This document shows, in pieces, positions 44,701 to 55,008 of a stretch of DNA of 64,000 nucleotides; the stretch's first letter is position 1; the number at the start of each line of letters is the position of its first letter. The notes under the pieces are model-generated. The model was not told the origin of the DNA and ran no database searches. It saw only the letters and a program-made list of their open reading frames with translations. Position numbers and translations under genes: made by a program. The stretch lies in NCBI GenBank assembly GCA_002811645.1, contig PDIP01000030.1, positions 152,383 to 216,382 on the forward strand, written 5' to 3'. The DNA is from Corallochytrium limacisporum Hawaii (taxonomy: Eukaryota > Protista > Pluriformea).

Positions 44701-47410
44701 ACAGCATAGGGAACGAAAAATGAGCAAGGACACCAGTAAACCAACAGGGCAGGTGGGAATCGATTTTGTTGCACGACTGGGAATTTTAGGGGGAGGAGGG
44801 GGAAGGGCTTACAGCGACTCCGGGACCACTCAGAAATTTCAAGAAGTCCGTGATTCGATACTGAAAAAACTGCAAGGTTTCCTAAAGATCATGTAACCAC
44901 ATCGTTCCCCAGAGCAAGTCAGCAGTTCCATGTAGTTAGTACAGTTTGTGGCACCACGTCGGGTTAGATCGACCCACTCGCACACGCATGAGGGCCAGCC
45001 AGTGGACAACCGCACAGACAGTGCTTACAACAGCGATCTGGTTTTTATAATTGATTTTCTTATAGTACCCACAAATCAATGGAAAGTTGGCCAGTGAAGC
45101 AAGGAGCAGAAAAAAAGTAGTAGCAGTGATCGGGCCTCCCTTTCGAAGGGTCCCAATAAAAACACTGTCGTTCGACACGTTTCTGCGAGTAGTTCCATCT
45201 CTCGTCCACGAATCCCGCCTTCGTTTCCTTCCTCTCCCTCGCAACCCCGGGGCGTAGAGTTCAAAGTTTACTCTTTGTAGTTCGTTAATATCTTCTACTA
45301 AACACTCTATACACAGAGGTGACTTTGTCTCCTCCGCTCTTTGAAAGAAAGAATGAGATTCAGGGTAAGCTCGGGCCAACAGAACAGCAAATTCTAAAGC
45401 AGCAAACCTCACAGAGTAAGAATTTCACGTGATTGTCCGCCTGCATATCCAAACTATGGACAAGTTGTTGGGGATAGGCGCACATCGGTGACCAAGAATT
45501 CACGAGTCTGTGATGAGAGAACAAAAACGAAGAAGGAAGTTGCACCGCATGTTCCGTATTTGTTGGTACATGCAAAATGAGAGGTTGTATGAAATTATCA
45601 ATTTGGGTTTACGTAGATGACCTCCCACTCCAGAAACTCGAGAATGTGCACTGCGTCTTCATGGCATTTCCAGGAGACCTCTATGGAGACTTCTGTTGAC
45701 TACAATTTGCTATGACAATTTGGTTCCTCCTCGGAAACGATTCTGGAAATAGCACTGGTTAAAAACCCGCCCGTCGTGTTTGTGTACCCGAATGCTCAAG
45801 ATAGCGTCCGAAAACGGGGTTGTTGACCTGACAGCAAAGCGTGATAGACCGCCGTCGGAGAAGGAGCTGAGTGAATATACTGAAATTGTAAACGCAGAGA
45901 CCCGCCCCTAACGCCTCCGTTCTATTTTTGCCGCCGCGTAGGTCTCTGCCGCTCCACACTTTGAACCTCATCGTTGGCGCCAAAGGTGGCTGTGGCGTCG
46001 TGGAGTAAGCTCCTGCAGATCCATCATCAGCAATCATCGATCATCATAAATTGATAGTAACTTGGTGTTCAAAGGATCCTAAATCAAACTATGTGTGGAC
46101 TGGGGTAGCCAAAGGCTATGTCCTCCTCAAAAACTGCCGCTCCAAGACTCACGTTTACGACTCCAATTTCAGACCATCCACCTCCGAGGCTTGCGCATGA
46201 TGGGCATGCCCATCTTCATCGTCCCGATCCATATGGTCCAGACGCGCTAGATGTGTCGCAGCATGTGCCCCAGTATAATGAATATTTGAGAGGATTGCTT
46301 GGAGGATGTCCTATGTCTTCTATTGTCGTTGACCAGTGCTGGTAGCACGCTGCTGTGCTGCAGATGTTAGATCGCTCTTCTTCCCTCAGACGAGTTTGGT
46401 ATGTATGAGACCTCGGTTCAGCCAGCCACTCTGACAAACTCAGCGCTACAGTCAATTCGCCCTGACTCATGCGCAATGCGCAGCGAGACCAACTGATGCC
46501 CGTCCGCCGTGCCTGAAGTTTGTCAGTCGCCTGCACATCAGCAAGAACTCGCTGCTCTGCCACCCGTAGGACTTACCAGCTTTGGGTTAGACCCCCCCCC
46601 CTCTCCTTTCTCCCCGGATGGGTGGGGTGCCCTGCCGCGGCGTGCTAGCAGTGCGCGTTCGCTGACAGAGAGAGTGAGAGTACCTTCTGCACACTCACCC
46701 AATCTATTATATGGCTGAGAGATCCACAGAAGCGCTCCGAAGGCTGTATGCTCGCCCCATTTGTTTATGATAACCAGCCTGGAGAGTTTCTCGGTACAGT
46801 CCAGTAGTGACTGGACGGGGAAAGCAACTAGCCAATGAAGGCTCTTGGGACATGAAGGCGATATAAACTGAAACCCTAGGCCCGTTTGGCGGGTGCCCGA
46901 CCTTCAGGTTTCTCTGTCCAAAGTTAAAAGTATTCCGTATATGATTACATAGGATCGCGTTGGGCAGAGAAAGTGTAGCTGGGTGGTTGAGTAGGGAGAA
47001 TGACCGGGTTCTCATCTTGCGCTAGTATGTCTCCTCACAGACACCGTCTGGGGCCCTTCCCCGTGTACTTTTTCGCGCCGCCATACACATACACACACAA
47101 TATGTCGGCGATGGCTCCAGGGAAGCCCCCACCCCCCACCCCTGCCCAGCGAACGAGTACTAACCCAAAACAGCCAGGTCAGCAGCACAGACAGATGGGA
47201 GGCCCGTGTTCTGGTCACAGAACCATTGACTAGTGTGTGTGTATGACACAAGGTCTTTGGCACTCTATTGGCTAGATTGACGGAATGTGAAAGCTATAAA
47301 ATGCTCGTTTGAATAGTTTTTGCTGTATTCTTATCAGGATCCGGGTACAACTGAAGCACTTCCACACCAAAACGTTCCTGGCACAGAGTAGCTCAAGAAA
47401 ACTTGCAACC

Positions 47411-47887
47411 ATGGGGGGAATGGCTGAGGCACGGCTCAAAGAAGAGCGCAAGGCATGGAAGCGGGATCACCCTTTCGGCTTCTTTGCAAAGCCTAAACAG
47501 AAATCTGATGGAACCCTTGATATGCTCCGTTGGGACTGCGGCATTCCGGGTAAGAAGGGCACAGATTGGGAAGGTGGTGTGTTCAAATTGGAAATGCACT
47601 TCTCAGATACGTATCCTTCAACGCCGCCTAAGTGCAAGTTCACTCCTCCTTTATTCCACCCGAATGTGTATCCTTCCGGAACTGTTTGCCTTTCCTTGCT
47701 TGATGCTGACAAGGATTGGAAGCCGGCCATCACCGTGAAGCAGATCCTGCTTGGCATCCAAGCACTGCTAACTGAACCCAACCCGAACGATCCGGCTCAG
47801 GCTGACGCTTACCAGGCTTTCCGGGATAACCCTGAGGAATACAAGCGGCGAGTGCGGGCAGAGGCTGTCAAGCAGCGCCCAAGATAA
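47411..47887 (+). CDS. UBC9: SUMO-conjugating enzyme Ubc9
   Basis: [54 protein letters not shown] at 47411. Confidence 0.97.
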   Translation: MGGMAEARLKEERKAWKRDHPFGFFAKPKQKSDGTLDMLRWDCGIPGKKGTDWEGGVFKLEMHFSDTYPSTPPKCKFTPPLFHPNVYPSGTVCLSLLDADKDWKPAITVKQILLGIQALLTEPNPNDPAQADAYQAFRDNPEEYKRRVRAEAVKQRPR

Positions 47888-47972
47888 AGCGTGACTGGGA
47901 ATCTTGTTTGATACCTAGTTGAAAGGGATATATGGATGTAGCAGTATGAATCTGGCGCACCGTGGGGACGAC

Positions 47973-49376
47973 TTATAGCACGCCACGAATGTATGAGGAT
48001 GTTAGTTCTGTAAGGAATGACCAGTACCTTGCCTGTCGCTTCCATGAGTTTTTGGTGAGAGGAACAGAGTCGGCAAAGATTCTATCTCGCTCCTCAGCAA
48101 GTTCCTTTTGAAGGGTGGGATCATCGGTCAACATCCACATCTGAACCTCCAGGTCACGTTGTACAGACCGCCAGCCGAAATTAGAGGAGCCAAAGCTGAC
48201 ACCATACGGCAATTTCTCGCCACGACTGGAGGATAGCCAAAGACCTTTGGCATGGAAGGTCCACGCGGGCTTCAGCCACTCGTACATTTGCATATTTGCT
48301 GCAGAATGCGGATTTGCCTGGATGGCATCAAACATGCCCCGCTCCAGATAGGAATAGTACTGCGGGATCCGCCCAGCAATGCTCTTGTCTCCGAAAAAGC
48401 CATTAGCTTCCGGAGCCGCGCAGAGTAAATCCACTTGGTGGTTTTCGGCGCTTGTCATCCACATGTCAATATGTTCAAATGTAGGATTGAAGTATCCAGT
48501 ACTGATATGTGCGAGATCTGTATCGTCCATGTTAGCCAAGAAGTGTGCAAACATATTCACCTCAGACTTTAACAGGGATGGGCCGAAGTGAAACGCCGGC
48601 GCAACTAAGGTCAGGGCATCTTCCTTGGCCGTTAACTTTGCAGCGTCCGTGGTGTGGGGCATATGGTGCTCACTCTTTAGTTTGTGAAGTGACTCGCTCA
48701 GAATCGAGTACATCTTGGACGCTTCCAAGGTACACTCTGGCACGCCCTTTGTTCCTTTAGGAGGCAAAGGGACTGAAATGTCGGCAAGCAGATTGACCAC
48801 ATCGGATAGATAATCTGCTAAAGGCTTGCAGTTCTCTAAGTAAATATAGCGATCAGTACGGTCTTCAAAGTAGCTTCGGCTAAGGTTTGCCCCGGATATG
48901 ATCACGTTGTCATCACCAATATATATTTTTGAGTGCTGAATGCCCAGGATTTCGTTGAACTTTTGCGGCAGGAGCCTACCCAGCCATCCTTTGCTCAACG
49001 GGTTCCGCCATAGCCGAATATCCGTTTGATCGGGAAAGTCAGTGGAGAGGTCGTGAAGCATGTCCGCCGAGGTTCTGCCGTTCTCGACCCTGGTTCCACG
49101 GCACGCGTCCAATACAACCCGAACCTGTGCCCCTGACTTTGCAGCGCTATAGAGTGATGACGCGAGGTATTCCTCTGACTTTCCCGTACCGAGATATAAA
49201 CTGGTGATGTTGATGCGGCGGCGGGAGTTGTTAGTGAGGTGGAGCAAGTGCTGGTAGAACTCCTGCGGTTCTTTAAGCGCTCGGATCTGCGTACCACTAA
49301 TATCGAGTATGGGCACAAAAGAGCAGTCAGCGACCCAGGAAGCAGCCAGTTTGGCAAAGTTCAGCCGGTTGCTCAT
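47973..49376 (-). CDS. PGS1: Mitochondrial phosphatidylglycerophosphate synthase (PLD-type)
   Basis: ITSLYLGTG, VLDACRGTR, GIQHSKIYIGDDNVIISGANLS, WTFHAKGLW, GSSNFGWRSVQRDLE. Confidence 0.93.
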   Translation of the reverse strand: MSNRLNFAKLAASWVADCSFVPILDISGTQIRALKEPQEFYQHLLHLTNNSRRRINITSLYLGTGKSEEYLASSLYSAAKSGAQVRVVLDACRGTRVENGRTSADMLHDLSTDFPDQTDIRLWRNPLSKGWLGRLLPQKFNEILGIQHSKIYIGDDNVIISGANLSRSYFEDRTDRYIYLENCKPLADYLSDVVNLLADISVPLPPKGTKGVPECTLEASKMYSILSESLHKLKSEHHMPHTTDAAKLTAKEDALTLVAPAFHFGPSLLKSEVNMFAHFLANMDDTDLAHISTGYFNPTFEHIDMWMTSAENHQVDLLCAAPEANGFFGDKSIAGRIPQYYSYLERGMFDAIQANPHSAANMQMYEWLKPAWTFHAKGLWLSSSRGEKLPYGVSFGSSNFGWRSVQRDLEVQMWMLTDDPTLQKELAEERDRIFADSVPLTKNSWKRQARYWSFLTELTSSYIRGVL

Positions 49377-49851
49377 GGCGACTCGGACCCTTTAGTTCCT
49401 CTTTCAACAGCCCATGCTCCTCAAAACCTTCACCGTTCTAATGTTCACTTGCGCACCAGAGACATTGATCACTACCAGATTTTAATGTCCTGGCAATAAA
49501 TAGTCTCATTCCCAGCGTAGCAAAGGACACGAACCAAACAAAGATGATCAGGCTGGTCACAGGGTGCTGCAAAGTCCAGAAGGCCAGAATCGTGTAGAAA
49601 ACCCAACCACACCGAGTAGGCGCGCAAGCGGGAAGAGAACGTTTCCTAGGGCAAGCGGATCTGTGCGGCAAGGGGGCACCCCGGGAGGGGGAAGGGGCGG
49701 GGCGCGCCGGGGAGGGGCAGGAGGGATGCGGGACATGCAGGAGATGCCTGCAATAGAGCGTCTGCGTTGAGAGACTTCGTCAATCAATTATTGCTTTTAG
49801 GTATCAAATTAGAAACAGGAGTTATCGATATAATACACAGTAGACTACTCT

Positions 49852-51150
49852 TTACCAGATTCGACGGCGACGACCCGCGAACCACAGGCGAGCAAAGATG
49901 ACACCCACACCGATGAATGTGGCACCGGAGATGCTGTAGAAAGCGTTCATGTTCTCCTCGAGCCCCGACTCCAAGTTCATGCCAAAGAATGCGGCCACAA
50001 GGCCGCAAAAAGCCACGGAAAAGGTACCCATCTGCAGTTGTAGGTCCAGACGCATCATATTGTTCCTCTGTGAGTGCAGGTTGATGTTGATGATGTTCTC
50101 GGTATCCCTGATGTTTGCTTTCAAACGGGACACCTCTGCCCGCAAGTCTTCTAAGGATCTGAAGTAAGACTCAAGGAGCATTTCTGCCTCGTCGTGATCA
50201 CTGATGTCCCTTTCCTTCCCGGTGGCCGCAAAGTCCGTGAGATACATGGCAGCCATGTCTTCGTCACTATCCAGTAGTTCCTCCAACACGCTCCTAAGCT
50301 CCACAATATCGCTCTCGAAGGCCGTCAACCGTTTGTTTTCGTATAGCAGCTGTTTCAACTGACTCTGGTCGATGGGTCCCCGGATATCGGTTAATCTGCC
50401 CAGCAGATTAACTGTATTTGGTGTGATCCTGTTCAAAATGTTTGCGTAGCGATCCACAACGTGAATGAGCAGTCCCTCTAGGACCTCAAACTCAAATGGC
50501 TGAACATGCTCCCCCGACGACTCGTCTTTCTCCGCGCCCAATCTATGCACCAACTGGTCTCGAAAATTTTGTACCACAGAGGAATCGGCATTGAAGAGAA
50601 TCACACTCTCGGCCTGGATGATTGCTTGCAGTGGTGGTACAGCTACTAGCATGGCATTATCACGAACAAGTATAGTGGGGCCACGGTTCGCCAGTTCCAC
50701 AACCCGAATGTCTCGTGACTGTAGCCTTAACTCTTCCATAAGGGCTGACTTTTGCTTGAACATGTTTGTTACCTCCCCCTTGGGATCTACTACAGAAACT
50801 TTGAAAATAGGATCCTTTGCTGTCAACAGGCTTTGTGCTCTGTACACAGTGGGATAAGCAAGATCCCGGGCTTCCAGTGTACCTCTCTGCATGGCGCCGA
50901 CTTCGGTGGCTTGATCTGACCGCCACAGTGCTGACTCCTCTCCGCTCTCAAACAACTTTAACCGAGAGTTTGATGTTTGATGGTCTGTAAATAATTTTCT
51001 GTTAAGTTCATGTTGAGGAGCTTTGAAGGGGGACTCTGAAATGTATGATCGTCGTATGCTTCTAGCCATGAAGGATGGCTCTCTACAAGTTGCGTTGCAC
51101 AAGTAAGGCCGAAGACCCGGGCCCTGCCCTAATCGTATTAAGCGAAACAT
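49852..51150 (-). CDS. MRS2: Mitochondrial Mg2+ channel Mrs2 (CorA family)
   Basis: LRLQSRDIR, QPFEFEVLE, EAEMLLESY, SQRNNMMRLDL and the GMN motif FFGMNLESGLE, with an N-terminal presequence. Confidence 0.93.
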   Translation of the reverse strand: MFRLIRLGQGPGLRPYLCNATCREPSFMARSIRRSYISESPFKAPQHELNRKLFTDHQTSNSRLKLFESGEESALWRSDQATEVGAMQRGTLEARDLAYPTVYRAQSLLTAKDPIFKVSVVDPKGEVTNMFKQKSALMEELRLQSRDIRVVELANRGPTILVRDNAMLVAVPPLQAIIQAESVILFNADSSVVQNFRDQLVHRLGAEKDESSGEHVQPFEFEVLEGLLIHVVDRYANILNRITPNTVNLLGRLTDIRGPIDQSQLKQLLYENKRLTAFESDIVELRSVLEELLDSDEDMAAMYLTDFAATGKERDISDHDEAEMLLESYFRSLEDLRAEVSRLKANIRDTENIININLHSQRNNMMRLDLQLQMGTFSVAFCGLVAAFFGMNLESGLEENMNAFYSISGATFIGVGVIFARLWFAGRRRRIW

Positions 51151-52231
51151 GATTTGCCGCCTGAACAGGCTTGTTGGGAGTTTCCTACATCTTATTTTTT
51201 CGCAAGGTCGTGGTCCGTGCGGAAGACTTCAGAATTGGAGATGTCGCTCTCAGTGGGTCGTCGCTGTGTTCTTGTCCACACCTTTGTCAAGACCATGAAG
51301 TTCTCGCACACATGCTAATTCAGATACCACAATAAACGGTCAACGTCTCATAGGCAAAAGCTGAAAAAATATCCAGTGTAAAGAAGAACACGCAATGGGA
51401 CACCCCTGCGAATCGAACTGTCAGTCCAAACCCACACATCTTCCCGGGCCTCGCTCCACGGTGTCCCTCTTTCGGTGCCTGTGATACCGGCCAGCAGGAG
51501 ATGCTTGCTGATCGTCCACCTTCCCTCCCTTGGAGTTGGCCACAGTCAGAGGTCCCGTCAGCCATCGGTACCAAATATATGGGAACACTTTGGGCAGTGG
51601 GTTGTGGTTCTGCCATTCTCGTTTTCGTTCTACTGTACACGCCCACTGTTTCTCACAGGAAGCGAGAACGGGATTTCACAGGGCGGGGTGCAGTTTGGGG
51701 CATTTTGGGGGCTGGCCGGTGTGCGGGTCGGGTCACACTGTCTCACGCGCGAAAAGTTTATCCGGTAACTTGTAATACTTGTTAAAATTACTTCAATATC
51801 AAGTTATATTAATATACTGATATTTTAAATAACATCAGATGCCGTTGCCATAGAGTGTATACCGGAAGGGTATACTGGGTGAACTTGAAAATAATTAGGT
51901 TATCAGTTAAATACACCTGGGGAGAAAAACAATGGGTAATTGGAGCGAAAATTAGGGAGTGAAGAGCCAAGGGCTCCAGGGAGGAGAAACTTTACACCTA
52001 GCACTTTGCATCGCCGAACCGCATCTGGGCGATGAAATTATCACCCTGTGCGCAGAACCAGCTGAGGTGGCACTTATCGCTCATGGCCTTCCTGCCTTCC
52101 ATTTGCGGTAGGCGTCCCTGCCGTCCGGTACAGTGAAGGTATACAGCGGTCTCATTCATGTGAAGTGCCCATGTAGCTTACTTACGAATGCGACATGATA
52201 TGAGTAATGTAAGGAATAGGAACAGATAACA

Positions 52232-52696
52232 ATGATCGATCAGTTGATGAGCGTAAACTATCAGTTGGTCTTTGTGGGCCACTTCGTCCTGGTCAATCTG
52301 GCGCTCTGGGATAACACTTTGGGTGAGGGATACCTGGTTTCCAATGCTCTCATGCTTGTGATGGGTGGTCTCGGTACCAAGGACGACGCTACCATAGACG
52401 AAATGTGGAAGTACCTCAGCATCTTGATCTTTACAATCTTCAACGACATCATACTCTTTTTCATTTACGGATCACCTGGCGGTGGTGCAGCTGGGTTTTC
52501 TTTTGCGATGGCAGTTATCAACATGTTCCTGAAGTTCTTCTCGGCCGTGCTGGTACACCAGGAAATCACTTCAAAGGGAGGAAATCCAACCAGCGGTGTT
52601 AGCTTCAATTACCCCCAATCCTCGGGCAACCATGCCAACTCCGGAGGTAACTCCTACCAACCGCTCTCCGGGGATGACGAGGAGCAGCTGTCATAG
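52232..52696 (+). CDS. AGTRAP-like (angiotensin II receptor-associated protein family) membrane protein
   Basis: LVFVGHFVL...YLVSNALML...TIDEMWKYLSILIFTIFNDII...FSFAMAVINMFLK...SKGG follows the recalled AGTRAP pattern, ending in an SYQ tail. Confidence 0.72.
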   Translation: MIDQLMSVNYQLVFVGHFVLVNLALWDNTLGEGYLVSNALMLVMGGLGTKDDATIDEMWKYLSILIFTIFNDIILFFIYGSPGGGAAGFSFAMAVINMFLKFFSAVLVHQEITSKGGNPTSGVSFNYPQSSGNHANSGGNSYQPLSGDDEEQLS

Positions 52697-52794
52697 GTAT
52701 CCTGCGTAAAACAATACCTAATAACAGCAAAGACCACGGTTATGATAAACTATAAGTGATTCACAAACTTGTGCGACGACGCACTCTTGACGAT

Positions 52795-53316
52795 TTATTC
52801 AGAGGGCCGTGCCTGGGCGCTCGTCATGGGGGCTACTCTAGCGTCTGATGGCTCCTGCTCGCTGACTCCTTCCTTGTCAAGGTTCTTGAGTCCAGGTAGG
52901 GAGGTCAATACCTCCAGACGGTAGTCACTCACCTCAGTCACCGGATTGTGCGCAAAGCTCAAGGACTGTAGGCACTTGATGCCGGCCAACTTATTCACCT
53001 CTTCCAAAGTGGCTACTTGATTACCCCGCAAGTTTAGAACTCGCAGCTTTGGTAGCCCTGTGCTGAATCGATGTAAGTGCTGAATAGCATTGATGCGAAG
53101 GTGGATGACCTCAAGCTTAACTCATGCAGGTATGTGACATCGGTCAGATCCTTCCCGGAAAGATCACAGCGCACGTAGGCCAAATGCAGGTCATTGGAGT
53201 CCTTCGCTAGTTCTGACAGGCCAGCAGCAATCTGTGATTTCAGCGGAGGCACGGGGCGCTCGGCGATGTCTAACGTTGTCCTCTCCCCGCGGAACTATCT
53301 ATGCTTCCTCTGCCAT
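52795..53316 (-). pseudogene. LRRC23: LRRC23 (axonemal leucine-rich repeat protein), disrupted
   Basis: The N-part IAAGLSELAKDSNDLHLAYVRCDLSGKDLTDV is joined out of frame to the C-part LEVIHLRINAI...LNLRGNQVATLEEVNKL...HNPVTEVSDYRLEVL...LKNLDKE. The central LRRs are missing, and TAG is codon 6 after ATG 53316. Confidence 0.82.
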
Positions 53317-53965
53317 GCTTGTTGTACGTTGTCGTAACCCCAAGCTTTCTGTTGCTAAGTTAGTAATATATGCATTACACTATCTGTAGATTATGCTTGT
53401 CTCAAAGCAACTGTGTAATTACTTGCCAGTGACGTTTCAGGCACTTTTGTAGCCTTCGCACCGCCGAATTGAGACGAGAGCGGGTTCGGACGAGCGGACT
53501 ATGCGAGTCTCTATGCTACCCCACCGCCCTCTTCCACTCGACCCCTCCGCATCCGAAGGCTACTCTCGCTCAGCCAACACACTGAAACCCTCGTTAATAG
53601 TTAGGTACTTGGAGAGGTCCGTTGGGTACATTTTCCAGGGAACTATTGTGGGTCGGGGAGATACACACCCAAATGAAACGCCCGGTACTCATGCAGGAAA
53701 CGACGAGAAGAGGGTGCGCGGTCAAAGTGAAACCTCTATGTCAGGGCTTATAGAGTATTTACTTCCGAAAGAGCTACGGTCGCCACAGGAGCCTACGAAT
53801 ATATTTAAACACAATTGTCATCACGAAAGCAAATTACAGTCTATTCTTTGGTCCAAAACACTATTCCCGCCATGAGGCTGGCCCCGTGGTCAAAGAGCAG
53901 ACTAGCCATGTGAATCAACATTAATTACAAACGTGCTACTATGCACTAAGAACGGATACGCAAAC

Positions 53966-54955
53966 ATGACGTCTGCCATCGGGAAAACTTATAGCCACAG
54001 GCAGTTTGTCTTCCATCTATTCAGGCAACTGTATAGAAGGAGTGATCGGTTGGATAAGAATCCTGCACTAAAGATACTATGCTTCCCGCTCCCACGCAAA
54101 ATCACAGACCTGTCTGCTGTGAAGAACACAATGGCAAAACTCGGACTAGAAGAGCCCACGACACCGCCAACAGTGTCCAAGATACCGTTCAAGAAAGTCA
54201 CTTCAGAAATATTCCATGACCATATACATGAGCCATTGGCTCCACAGGGGCAAGCAACTCAACTTCTGGAAGCCGCATTGGTGTGCACGAAACACATTGA
54301 TGACTCACTGGAATTAGCAAACTTTGTCGGGTTTGATGCAGAGGCTGCAAAAGGGCCTTTGGGTAAAGATAAGCAAGAAATCACCGAGAACGATTTTTAC
54401 GATCGGCAGCGAGCGCAGTTCGAAGTCACGGGAGCAAAAGATAAGCTGATTGCCCTTGACCATGCTTTAAAGCTCAACCAGTCCGCAATTACCGCTAGCT
54501 CTAGAGATGCGGACAAAGCCATGGAACTCTACGATGACAGCCTAAAATTTTTCCCAACCGCAGAGGCATATGTTGGGAAGGCAGAAATCTGTACGCAGCG
54601 GGGTGATGAAGTGGACAAAGCCATTTCCCAGTGCCTAATGGGTCTCGCAATTGACAAAGAGTACGGTCCCGCCTACAATCTAATAGCCAGTTGCCACCTG
54701 AACGCTGGGCGGGAGGATGAGGCAATTGAATGGTTTGAGATGGCTAAGCGAGCAGCGAGGACAAAGCAACGCCACTTTCCGTATCTGCAGCTTGGAAACA
54801 TCTACGCACTTAAGCGACGGCGGCTCGATCGGGCCCTGCGAGAGTACCTTGGAGCGCTTAGTCTGCAACCAGATAATGAGCAAATGCAACGGTACGTCGG
54901 TGACATTGCAGTCGCGGTGCGGGATCTACAAAAGGCACACAGTAACCGCCAGTAG
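53966..54955 (+). CDS. TPR-containing protein
   Basis: C-terminal TPRs (PTAEAY...AISQCLMGLAIDKEYGPAYN...EAIEWFEMAKRA...HFPYLQLGNIY). First ATG at 53966. Confidence 0.8.
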   Translation: MTSAIGKTYSHRQFVFHLFRQLYRRSDRLDKNPALKILCFPLPRKITDLSAVKNTMAKLGLEEPTTPPTVSKIPFKKVTSEIFHDHIHEPLAPQGQATQLLEAALVCTKHIDDSLELANFVGFDAEAAKGPLGKDKQEITENDFYDRQRAQFEVTGAKDKLIALDHALKLNQSAITASSRDADKAMELYDDSLKFFPTAEAYVGKAEICTQRGDEVDKAISQCLMGLAIDKEYGPAYNLIASCHLNAGREDEAIEWFEMAKRAARTKQRHFPYLQLGNIYALKRRRLDRALREYLGALSLQPDNEQMQRYVGDIAVAVRDLQKAHSNRQ

Positions 54956-55008
54956 TAGATATTTAACATGTCACACTAGTTAACTGTAGTTTTATTTTAC
55001 ACATTACA

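Noticed and set aside
45610-45624. YVDDL peptide resembling a Ty1/copia reverse-transcriptase motif
   Set aside because: The flanks do not match RT, stops surround it, and I saw no LTRs, integrase or gag remnants. Likely chance.
52141-52157. ATACAGCGGTCTCATTC resembling the RNase MRP 3' conserved region
   Set aside because: No matching upstream GARAG-type P4 strand was found. Kept only as a generic structured region.
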